32,063 nucleotides of DNA, taken from Catajapyx aquilonaris (lineage: Eukaryota). Each line of letters begins with the position of its first letter. Within the stretch, counting starts at the first letter, position 1. A program made the translations under genes and the position numbers. This document shows positions 1 through 12,684 of the stretch, in pieces. The notes beneath the pieces were generated by a model. The model saw nothing but the letters and a program-made list of their open reading frames with translations. It had not been told where the DNA came from and did no database searches. The stretch spans positions 1 to 32,063 of the forward strand of contig JYFJ02004475.1 of NCBI GenBank assembly GCA_000934665.2, written 5' to 3'.

Positions 1-31
1 TGGCGGCCTTTCCACTGGTCTTGGGCGGCAT
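1..31 (-). CDS. His2B: Histone H2B, N-terminal fragment (gene continues beyond window start)
   Basis: Reverse complement of 1-31 reads ATG CCG CCC AAG ACC AGT GGA AAG GCC GCC = MPPKTSGKAA, the insect H2B N-terminus. It is divergent from H2A across 295 bp. Confidence 0.9.
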   Translation of the reverse strand, partial: MPPKTSGKAA

Positions 32-701
<670 letters not shown>

Positions 702-740
702 GATGCCTGATTGACTTGACCACTGACACCGAAAAAAATT

Positions 741-756
741 GGTCCTTTTAAGGACC
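741..756 (+). terminator. Histone 3' UTR stem-loop (H2A)
   Basis: GGTCCT-TTTA-AGGACC, a 6-bp stem with 4-nt loop and A-rich 5' flank. Confidence 0.95.
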
Positions 757-1427
757 AGCCACATTTTTCAAGTTTGATACCGAAACCCAAAAGAGCATAC
801 TATTCATAAATAAAGTTGTGTCCTGTATAGTATTTGCCCCGTACTTGAACAAGTATAATATTTACAGTACTAATACTAGCCTGTTCTAGAATCGTGTGAC
901 TAGTTTAAACCTATCCTGCCGGAACCATCGGAGGTATACACAGTTCACGTCACAAAGTCTCTGAATGTAAAAAAGACTGAAAGAAATATGCCAGCTGGCG
1001 TTTAGTATTTTATCATTGCCGACAGGTCAAATCTTCATCGAAGCTGCGCATGATTGTCTGTACAGTACAACTAGATTTCACTGAAAATGTTCTTGCCAAG
1101 AATCAGTCTGACCTATTAATGCTTCATCCAACAGCGCTGAACAGATGGTTTAAGAAATTTCATGGTGCCGGGCGTCATTTGAGGCGCCTAGAACGTCCAA
1201 AAATGCAATTTTCGAGATAGGACTGCCATCACATTCAGAACTACTCCATGTTGGTAAAAAAAATTGTATAAATCCCAAGTTGGATATTTGGGCGGTAAAT
1301 GACGATGTCATTTATGCTCCAAGGAGAGTTGCCTACCCCTTGGAGCAATCCTGGTGTAAGTCCCATACATGGTCCCATAGCCCATACCAGCTGTATGCTG
1401 TTAAAGATGGCCGATGAAGATCTAAGC

Positions 1428-1595
1428 CAGGTGGGGTTCCCAACCTGGGAGTCGTGTGTGTTGTATTGTGGGGAAACTTATTGTATTGTTTGGCTGCTTA
1501 CTTTTGCAGGGGGGGGGGGGGGGGNGGGGGGGGGGGCGTGGAGAAATTTTACATGATTTGGGGGGTCGCGGGTGCAAAAAGGTTGGGAACCCCTG
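1428..1595. mobile_element. Non-autonomous hAT (Charlie-like) MITE
   Basis: Termini CAGGTGGGGTTCCCAACC ... GGTTGGGAACCCCTG with a perfect 8-bp TSD ATCTAAGC at 1420-1427 and 1596-1603. Internal poly-G run at 1509-1536 has an N at 1525, so its length is uncertain. Confidence 0.88.
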
Positions 1596-1814
1596 ATCTA
1601 AGCGATATTTCAGGGGGCATCTCTGCAGACACATTGTTGTGTATGACAAATTAATAAGTGTGCGGCAGTCAGTTTTGCCATATTTTAAAGTATTTTAAAT
1701 TATTTTTTTAAATTTTGCTGAAAATTTCCTTCTAAATTTTTTATTGAAATTAATTGTTAGGCTTACTAAAATTCTGTTAAAATTGAGGAATGATCAATGG
1801 AAATTTTATAAGTA

Positions 1815-1972
1815 CAGTTGAATCCGGATATAACAGCCTCGGCTATAACAGACTTTAGGTTATAGCAGACTAGTAAGGCCGGTTCCGGCATACTTCCATC
1901 ATAACTATATGGTTTTTGAAATCGGATATGCGACCTTGGTTATAACAAGAGCGTTATATCTGGATTCAACTA
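1815..1972. mobile_element. Tc1/mariner-pogo (Tigger-like) MITE
   Basis: TIRs CAGTTGAATCCGGATATAAC / GTTATATCTGGATTCAACTA, flanked by TA at 1813-1814 and 1973-1974. Internal TATAAC/GTTATA sub-repeats. Confidence 0.82.
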
Positions 1973-2406
1973 TATTACACCGAAAAATGGTCTAAGTCCA
2001 TGCGATTTGTAGGATCATTATGGTGTAAGTCACATGATTTTTTATCAATAAATCAAAGTTTGTGACAGCTAGTAGCAATACATCTAAGAAAGACTGCCCT
2101 GTGATTGCCAAGCTGACATATTATGGATCCAGCCATATGATTTGCCTTGTTTCTAGGACCTTCCAAACTTGCAGGTGAATTCTCCCAACTTTTTTTTGGA
2201 CTTGGGCCACTTGTTCTAAGGGCCTCATTTGTGACTCCAGGTGGTGTATTTTACCTCAGATTCATGTGATTAAATCTTGAATACCGAATACCCTTTCTGA
2301 CCCCCGATGTCTAGATGAAATAACCCAGTATATTATGCGAAATTGGCAAAATAATATTTGCTACGAATTGGTGCAAATTGCATTATCTCAACGTGATAAG
2401 TTTGTT

Positions 2407-2422
2407 AGCCCTGAAAAGGGCT
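2407..2422 (-). terminator. Histone 3' UTR stem-loop (H3), variant with basal A-U pair
   Basis: Minus strand reads AGCCCT-TTTC-AGGGCT, preceded by AAAAAAAAC and followed by AACAAA. Confidence 0.92.
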
Positions 2423-2457
2423 GTTTTTTTTTAAAATGTTGGGTCTGAAGTAGCTGT

Positions 2458-3043
<586 letters not shown>

Positions 3044-4632
3044 AAATGCAGCAATTGTCATCAAAATCGCGCTAAGTCGAGGGCTAAGTGTACTTGCCTG
3101 ATACTTGCGTTAACTTCTAATTATTTTGACAAACATGATTAAATGCAACCAAATTAAAGTATGAGATGGGTCATTAATCGGAGCATGATTGGTGCTGTGT
3201 TTACCATAAAAATGCATACCTAATTGGTATTATTTGTCAAAGTTTAGCAAATCTGTATAAAAACTATTGCAGAACTATTGCGTATTATTATCAGGGGCAT
3301 GCATCTAAATATTGCTGCTTGCTATTTACTTAGCATCAAACGCAATTTTTACATGACTGACTGCTACTAACGCTGGCCACTGTTTGCACAAACTGTTGAG
3401 TACTAGTGACCCTCGGAGTGACCCATGATAAACGCTATCTGTTCCATAGTTTTGCTTTTACGATAATAATCCTTACAGGAAATCGTCGTAGTGGCGCACA
3501 ACTATGCAAGCATACCCAGGCTCTCACATAAAAGGGGTAGGCTACATTGCTGACACGACCGATGTTCACATTATTGTGGCCCATCAATTTTTCAAGAGGC
3601 AGCTAACTCGCAAATTATTGTGATTACACGACGCTGATGATTATCCGAGTGGCCACCTGGTGGCCACACCCTCTTTACGTGAATTTTTGGCTTTATAGCC
3701 TAAAATACCTATAAATCAGAAATAACCGCAAAAAATTCCGGTATTATTGTGGCATCACCCTTGTCGTGACATTCCAATGTCACATTACGCTTCTCCGATA
3801 TAAGGCCTGCGGTACAAATACGAAACCAAGACAAGCAAGGCTAATTTCCAATGCGACTTTGATACGCTATTAATTACATAATATAGGTAAGGTTAATTCA
3901 TTACGAATGCCGGTGTCCGTGATGCCAACTTCACCTCAGAGCCTCCCAAATATTATCCGTAGCGAATGGTGGGACTAGGTCGCACAAAGGCAAGAATTCC
4001 ACACTACTAAGCGGCATACCATATGGCTCAAATGCAGCTGCCGCCGGCACCCCACCTCCGTAACGGCTTTCTTTCAAAATATAACAACAGTTCCCGGCCC
4101 TCCCCTCAAGCGTGTCTGAGCTGCTGTTTTTGTTCTCAATCCCCCAGGCGGCAACCCCCAAGATAAAGAGCAACAATTCCGTTTGCCGCGCCAGGCAGAA
4201 ATAAAACTATACTTGTGAAATGTGCCTGATATATGGAATAAAAAGGGTTAGTTTACTCGCACGGTCACGTCGCCTCTGCGTAGTAGCCTACTGCTGTAGG
4301 CTACTCATATCTGTCCTGCATTGTTGTCTATCGTAAATCGTACCTACCACATTCCATCGACTCCCGCCTTTCGTAATTGGTTCCAGGACAACCGTGTATT
4401 TGTTGATTTATTGATTGGCAAGGAGCCATAGCAACTACTGCTATAGACTTGGGTGTAGCCTAGCAGCTCTTTGGCCTAGCTATCATCATTTATAATTTCT
4501 GACGTACGTGTTGCCAATATTATACAGGCCGCATCGGTTCATGTGCAGCAAAGGCTGAAATCAACCGGTCATCCGGTATGCCCATGTACTCAATTACTCA
4601 TGCACTGTTGATCAAATGTGCGGTGGGAAAAG

Positions 4633-4814
4633 GGCGGGAAACAGCACAACAGCCACCTGGCAAATGGCGGGAAACATCTTCATAAAAAAAAGTGTGTGGG
4701 GGGTGGGGGGGAAGAACTGTTTGGGAGGAGGGGGTTGGGGGTGTCGTCCGAGCCCCCCGCGCTGTGATTGGTTGAGCGCGCGTCCCCTACAAGGTCCGCG
4801 CGCAGACTATTTAA
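4633..4814 (+). promoter_or_regulatory. H4 promoter
   Basis: TATTTAA at 4808-4814, preceded by the H4-typical AGGTCC (4792-4797). Reverse CCAAT at ~4766-4770. Two GGCGGGAAA (E2F-like) at 4633-4641 and 4666-4674. Confidence 0.7.
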
Positions 4815-4859
4815 GAACCGGCCTCTCCCGGCAAAATTCATTCTACAGCAGGCTTCTGA

Positions 4860-5213
<354 letters not shown>

Positions 5214-5269
5214 ACAAGCAGAGGGAGGAAGAGGTGCAGCATAACATCAGCCAGCACCCTACACAAAAC

Positions 5270-5285
5270 GGCCCTTTTCAGGGCC
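5270..5285 (+). terminator. Histone 3' UTR stem-loop (H4)
   Basis: Canonical GGCCCT-TTTC-AGGGCC, followed by AACCA and a purine-rich GTTGAGAG. Confidence 0.97.
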
Positions 5286-5937
5286 AACCAAAATATTCCA
5301 GTTGAGAGCGAAACCTTTCTTGAGTCCCCCTTTTTAGGGTGACGACCGTGGTGGCGACAATCAATAAAATTGTGAATCAAGGATGCAGTAGACCGGCCAC
5401 GCCATTTTCAGACCCACTTTGCGTTGGCCAGAGGTGGCGTTGGGGTTGCACTACTTGCAGAGCCAGCCGCGGTGTGGCGTTGCTGCTGTGTTGTGTAATG
5501 GCGGGCAAATTACAAGGAAAGAGAAATTTCAGGTCTGGCGTCTTTACTTCGCAAGTTAGGTCGAATTTACGTCCCAAGGCTAGTCGAGAACTGATGGCCA
5601 TGGTAACTCATAAAAAATCTTGCGGGGATCAGCCTCTACCTGAGACTAGGCAATGCAATGGGACTAAAATTCCACTAATGTCGATGTGCTGATGGAATCT
5701 TAAGGGGGGGATACACAAAAAGAATTGGTACCCTCGATCGGCCAAAATCAGCCCTTGTTACCCACTTTTCTTTCCTCCAGCCACTATTTTGTCCCTGCCT
5801 CCCCCTAATGTTCCAATTTTCTGGTGGGTAAATGCACACTACCAGTCAAGGGAAGGTACAATTTCAAGCAAAATCCATGTATTCTGTGTATACATAACAC
5901 AACACATAAATTACTTGGGTCAACTACCTATAATGGA

Positions 5938-6081
5938 CTGATTTATGCCTGGTTGGACCAACAAAATTACCAGTCCGATAGCTCCTAACGGACAGATAGG
6001 TAGACCTTTTAACATGTGCTATGGGTCCGTTAAGAGCTATCGGACAGGTAATTTTGTTGGTGCAACCAGGCATTTAATCAG
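5938..6081. mobile_element. Hairpin MITE (possibly PIF/Harbinger-like)
   Basis: ~55-bp inverted arms (5938-5993 vs 6025-6081), GCCTGGTTGGACCAACAAAATTACC.../...GGTAATTTTGTTGGTGCAACCAGGC, with few mismatches. The TSD is not clear, so the superfamily is tentative. Confidence 0.7.
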
Positions 6082-7557
6082 GTTGCAGCAGCTGGATAAT
6101 CGTGACCTTCAGATAGGAATATAAAGGAGCAGATACCAAGGTCACAGTTTACATACAAACACCCAAGTTCTATGCAAGCAATTTATTAATGTCAACTCAT
6201 ACTCACACATGGTTCTGTACATGTTCTTCCAAATGCAAAACTTGTTTTATTTTCTGTGGACAATGAATGAACACTGCATATCTACATTATTAGAGAGGTG
6301 GCTCATTTTTATTACTTTTTGCAGGCAGAGAGTGAGAACGATACATCAGTCGAGAAGAGCTGACGATAAAGAGCTTTCGCAGCTGACGGCAAGGCAAGAA
6401 ATCCATACAACAAGTCTTGTGTATCACTTCGTCCCCATCTGCATGAATTTTTTGCTTGCTTGTTAGAGTACACAATGGACAAACACACTAGGTTTTGGAC
6501 GACTTCGACACTCTAAGTGTAACACAGAGGTAAAAATTTTTGTCAAATGCACCAACTTATTCTTTGATTTTTTTGCATTTCCAAATGCATGCAGATGTGA
6601 CTCACATTCATATAACAATAACATCCTTGATAAACCATTTGCATTGCTGTTGCTCTTAAAACGTGACATATTTGTGCCTTTGATAACAGTGAAAGCTCAT
6701 ACTTTTTTTTTAAATATTCGTTATTCGGAGTTGAAATCCATCCGTCATGAAAGGCTGCCTAACAGCTTAGAGAAACCCGTACCCCAACGGTAAAACACAA
6801 CAAAATCTTCATAACTAGGACAAGACTTTGCTAATGCATATCAGTAGATAGATATACATTTTTTGTATGTGTCCACATACAAAAAATTGATTCATTGCTA
6901 AGAACTGCCGTAACTCTAACAACTGTACAACTCACAGTTTTCTTAACTGTGACTATAATCACATATGTACAGGAAAAATTCTACCAATGTACATACAGGG
7001 CATTCCAGACAAATAACTTTGTATCAACATTAACGAGAAAGGATTGCAAGAACGCAATTTTTAGTAGCTTCAAAATGCAAGAAACATTTGGAAGAGAGAA
7101 GATAAGTATAACAATTGTTCCTTTGCCATTTTTTGTATATCACGCCAAAGCGGCTTAAAGTTTTCCAGAAATGCACCCACGTACATTAACTCAGGGGACG
7201 GCTATACATAATTGGAAAAAAAGAGGCTAAATCACCAAAATATATACGCAGTATATGCATAGAAAAACACTCCGCTTGCTTTTAGTTTCTTCTGAAATCG
7301 CGCACCCCCAAGAGTTGCAAAAAATTCTTATTGAGCAAGATAATTGCCCCGCGACCCATCAGGCCCAGGCCACAATGAATTTTCCCGTAAAGGATATGAA
7401 CGGACAGACAAGGGAAGGCCAGGCAGGCGAGCCAAGAATAAAACCTCCAAAATTGAGAGAAAAAAATAATTTCAAAAATAAATAGGATTTATATACATGC
7501 TACATTGCCCACCCCATTTGCCTTTTTTTTTTTTTTTCATTTTAAAACAACGGCCTA

Positions 7558-10500
7558 CTACTCGTGCCTGGCTCCACAGATGCTGAGCAGAGTCCTCTGG
7601 TGCAAGAGTCCGCATGAGGGGATGACGGAGTAGGCGAACCTGAATTCAGACATCTCCTGCAGCACAGCCTCCATCTGGCGGGGACTCAGCCGGCCCACCC
7701 GGTAGAAGACGCGGATGAAAGAGGTAGCATTGCTTTCTGCGCCTTTCATGAGCTTGCGGAGGGCATAGCGGACCACCTCAGCCAAGCTCTCCTCTTCTAT
7801 CACATCCTCTTCACTCCCTGGCATGAGTAAAATACACCCTTGATTCAAAATTCTTAAGACTGCTTCATAATCAAATGTTTTTTTTCATCATTCAGACATG
7901 GATATCACCATTACTGCCACCAAGCAAGTAATAAAATACTAACCGACAGTTGCACGACACACAATGGCAGCCACATTATTCTCATAGTTCCACCTCCTCT
8001 GGAGAGTCACCTTCACCTTTTCCTTCACATAGCACCCAGTTTCTTCATCTGTATAAATAACATGAATATTAATTTCCGTGAACTTCTCATCATGTACACA
8101 CAAACTCACATTCAAAGCGACTGTTGTATATATGGGCCCAGATGTGCCATTCAACCAGTGCCCCTCGAGGCAGTTGCGGAACCACCACGTAGTCCACTAT
8201 GGCATTGTTGGTCCTCTTTTCCCACTCCTTGCGAGCCTCCTCTATGTAGCTGTGATGCGTCACGTAGCATATGCCCTGCAACACGAGACAACTGCATTAA
8301 TCTTTGGTACTAGGAAATTGGTACAGCAATATGAAAGCATACATAATAGTGTGACATCACTTCTGAAATTACTTGTGTAACTAACCTGAACCACATCCCT
8401 GAGCTGCGTCTTGGGATCCATTGCCCTGACGATCCTTCCCATGTGCCTGAGAGCCAACTTGCATTGCACCTTCATTCCTCCTTCCACTAACTGCATGTTG
8501 CCTGGGACCAGCCCAATCTGGCCAGCCAGATACAGGATCTCATCCACCTGCAACACATGTCACAATTAGCAGATTGCATTTAATTGTCATTTCTGAATAA
8601 TGTGCTAATATTTAACAAATCGAATAGCAAGAGAGCAGGTAGAATTCTCCAGGACGTGTGAAATTAGGGTCAGCCTAAATTTACGTGACTCACCCTGATT
8701 GCCTGGCTGTATGGCCCTATGTTGGCAGGAGCCCAGTGGGAGATGCCCTGCACATGCATGTTCTGCCTGCAGGTGCATGACGAGGTGGACGAAGAGTCGG
8801 AATCACACTTCTTCTTGTGAGCTAGGGCTTCCAGGAACACTGGTGTGTTCTCTGGCAAGGGGGCCTCGACACACACTCTGATTGGGGGGTTGGCCCCAAA
8901 GAACTTGACATACTCCGCATTCACCAAGGCATAATCAGTCATGTCGCTCACATACAAGGATACTGCTGACACGTTTGACATTGTGTATCCATTCTGAGCT
9001 AGGACATCTGGAAAAGAAAGAATTCAAGTCTCAAATCCATGTGATCTTAAATGACAACAAAGTGTTCCCCTTTTCATTCATTTTCTGAGAAATTTGGAGA
9101 AACTGAAAAAATTAGGCCAGTCTTGCTAAGGTTTATTGCATTTTATCAGAGCTCGAAAATGGCTTCCACGAATGACCTATACATGCATTCTACTTCAATG
9201 ATTTATTTACTGAGCTATATCTGATCCCTTCAAGGCTAAGCCAACCACAACACAATATTTTCAGTTCTTGAATCGAAGTTTGGCCCATTGTTATTGCAAT
9301 GAAAACACCGAACAAACACTGGATTATTTTATAATATCCTTGAAATAACAGCTATCTGGGCCCTGGGGGGTGTGTATACTGAAAGAAATTCCAAAAGGTA
9401 ACCATGCATTGTTCTCCTCGTCCTGAAATATCTAGATTGCATGACAATAGTGTATTCTCAGGTCGTGCGAGAAACAATGTGGTAAAAATAAAGAGGACCC
9501 TGGAAATTCAGGGCACTAACCTTTGAGTACGTTCATTGCTTGTGTGGCAGCTCGAACGGGGTCACACCCCTTCCCAACAATGTTCCCAACCCAGCAGAAA
9601 CCTTTGGAGTCAACTTGGACGGTTGGGCCTGTGCAGACGGGGTCTGTTTCTCTGGGAACCTTGGGCTCCGAGTCTCTCTCGCCATTGACCAGCCCTTGAG
9701 CAGATGACTTCCCTGCATCTCCACCTCCACCATGCATCTCCTCCCTTCCACCACCACCTTCTTCTGCCTCCAGCTCTTCCAGGTCGTCATCAGAATTAAG
9801 ATCAGTCAGGTAGTCCAACGGGCTTTTCACAGATATGCCGTTCAGTCTTTCCCTCTGTGAAGCATCTGGCACCTGCTTGCATTGATATGTTCATGAATGA
9901 AAAATGAAGGCAACCTATAAAAAGGACGCTGGAAAATAAACGCTTACATCTTTGTTGACTAGATGCATCGACTTAAATGAAAGGTAGCCCACAGGTGCGA
10001 ATGCGTCGTTGGAGTGCATCACTGTCTCGCATTCGTCTCTGCAATTAAGGTCAAGCATTATGTTGTGCCAGTTCAGTTTCATCCAATGCAATTCCACTTA
10101 CATGACGATGGCCTTCTTAAAGAGAGGGCAATCAAGGGTGAATGTTTCATATTCACCTCCTTCCCCACACACATTTAATCCGTACTTTTCTTTCTGAAAA
10201 GGGATTTTTTTCCAGTGTCAGGGGAGGATGAAGAAAATGTGCGCTCTGTTATGTCATTTTTTTTCTCTTATTTTTTAAAGGCCCTGGCGATGTCCATCCA
10301 GTTCTCTCATCCAGGTTACTGTGACAGCTGACAAAACATGTGTAGGAAATCACAAATAGTGTTTTCACCCCCTACTACACTAACAACAACATATCAATCA
10401 GCATGTGATGAGGGATGGCCTGACACATGCATAAGAGATTAATTGGTGATCACAACCACATACACTAGGTGCATCTCGTGATCTTGTGCCACAGTGTTGT

Positions 10501-12684
10501 AACTTTCTTTTAGTAATTTCTAGAAGTTTGACTTACAAGAGGAAATGACGGCATAATTGAAAATAGGTATTTTGTTGCTCTGTGCTAAAAAGATCTGGTG
10601 CATTCCATGTATAACAACAATGGGGTACCGCAATGCCTTCATGGGCTACATACCGTCGGAGAAAAGGGGTCACATTACTCATATACAATGGATATGCATC
10701 CTAATGGTGGTTTATGCATCGTCTTAAAAATTCCACATGTGTTATAAATTTTTCCTTTTTAAATCTGTCAAACTCACACAGTATCTGGCATTATGACTTC
10801 AGATTCCTTTCAAAGCTATATATTGAATACAGCTATTGACAACGTTTACTGGTGTGATAATGTGGTACCAGTGCTTATAATTGTTTGCTGTCAAAAAATT
10901 TATTTTAGGATTTTCCTCATATGCAAATGAATAGGCTAACATAAATTCCATGTAAGTGACTATTGCAGTATTACCATTAAAAAAAAAAAAAAAGGCAAAC
11001 TGAAGTAAGGACACCATGGCACAAGATCCACAGTTAGTATGAAAGGCAATGGACATGTTATAAAAATTCCACTGGATATATTAAGTTATTACTGAGAAAC
11101 AAGTATTAAAAGTCTCTATATCTAGCCTCGACCTGTCACATGACAGCGATTAGTTATCAGCACGTGCTAAGATTCTTACCTAATCATCCCTCCGGCTAAC
11201 AAGCATGCTGCACCGTCACATGCTAATAATAATGGAGCTCATTAATCTAGATGAGTTGCAAAAAACTTACCATGTTGAGCAAGTGGGACTGCATTCGATC
11301 AATTGTTTGTCCCAGATGCAGACTAGGATCGAGACCAAGTGCAGCCACCTTGATCACTATGGCGTTGATGTTACAGGCGATCATCTCCTGCAGCAGCTCG
11401 GACTGGTCGCGTCTCCACAAGTAGGCCAGAGGAGTCAGGCCCAAGCGGACACACCTGAAATTCAGGTGTTTAGAACATGCGACTAACAAGTGTTAATGCT
11501 CCTTCAGGGTATACTTACACATTCTCAACCCGCACACGTTGATAGTCGGAAAGGATGGCACCAACAGAGACAGCTTCAACGCTCACCTCCTCCTGAAAAG
11601 AGAAATAGAATGTGTCATATTACAAATTTTGTTACAAGTGCAATTCAAATGAAAATAAAATGACACTACGGTACCACTAAGCTCAGAGCTTAATATTTCC
11701 AAAGCCACATTAACATGATCATACATAATCCTACGAATAAATTTCACAAGTAATAATTCACCTGATGAACTTTGAGCATGACAATTGTTCAGTTATGCAA
11801 ATGCATCTGTCATTTGAATTCCAAAAGAGGCTTTTCATGTTAGAATTGCGTTCCCATGAATTAAGGAGAGCTTCTTTGCATAAAATGCAGATGATAGGAG
11901 CATCGTAATGAATCCCAACACTTGGTGCTTGTGAATAATGTCCCATTATCATGCCCTTGCGTTACATGAAATCAGTATTACTCTCCTGCAATGCCACCTG
12001 GCAAATAAATGGTCTAGTAAAATACTACAGGTATTATGAACAATATTAAGTTTTTGGTAGCATTCCCGCTACTTCAGTGCATGACATATAATTATCTCCA
12101 AGGTCACTGGGATTGCTTTGTTATCTAAATCCAGGGCCCAAAAAAAACCTGATGACCTTTCTTATCCTGGCCCACTACATTACAAACATTGAAGCTAATT
12201 ATATGGGTGGAACTTAAGATGCCCTAATGGCATAGGAGATTCGACCTACGTTCAAGGCCCAGATGGGACAAAAATAATTTTCTCAGGGAGTTTCACAATT
12301 ATGATTACAATTTTAAAGCCCATAAGCCTAATAGACTGGTCAATGGCTGGCTCCACCAACAGTGTATTGTTCCACCTCACGTACCTGAACTTTCTTCAGC
12401 AGCTCATACAGGTCCTCAACTTCATCATCAGGTGTGGGTGTGTAATCCTTGTCCGTCTGAACCGAGGTTCCCTTAATGACCTGCCTGAAGAGGGGCAGTC
12501 CCATGGCTTCTGAATACAACTCGATTCCATTGTGCCCCACGGTTTGATACATGTAGCTGTCCATCTCTTCATGCACTTCAGGTTGGAGGTTTGCCAAGGC
12601 CACAATCTCATGTCCAGCGGCAACACACTGGACCATGTTGTAGCAGCTGTCCTTCCCACCGCTCACCAGTGCAACGACCCGCAT
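7558..12684 (-). CDS. DPH6: Diphthine--ammonia ligase (diphthamide synthetase) with C-terminal RidA/YjgF-like domains; 11 coding exons
   Basis: PP-loop MRVVALVSGGKDSC, plus DSYMYQTVGH, GAILSDYQRVRVE, PLAYLW, CGEGGEYETFTLDCPLF, MHVQGISHWAPANIGPYSQA and YLAGQIGL. Inferred GT-AG exons (minus): 12684-12385, 11592-11519, 11454-11271, 10193-10102, 10038-9948, 9872-9521, 9007-8694, 8547-8386, 8275-8110, 8048-7944, 7817-7558. Phases are consistent. Confidence 0.95.

Noticed and set aside
1509..1536. Poly-G tract as a functional G-quadruplex
   Set aside because: It lies inside a hAT MITE and contains an N, so its length is unreliable.
3931..4176. 81-aa ORF in the H3-H4 spacer as a possible H1 or novel gene
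   Set aside because: Not Lys/Ala-rich, non-ATG start, no stem-loop and no recognisable motif.
7818..7943. Box C motif (ATGATGA, minus) in a DPH6 intron as a snoRNA
   Set aside because: No downstream box D (CTGA) or terminal stem within the intron.
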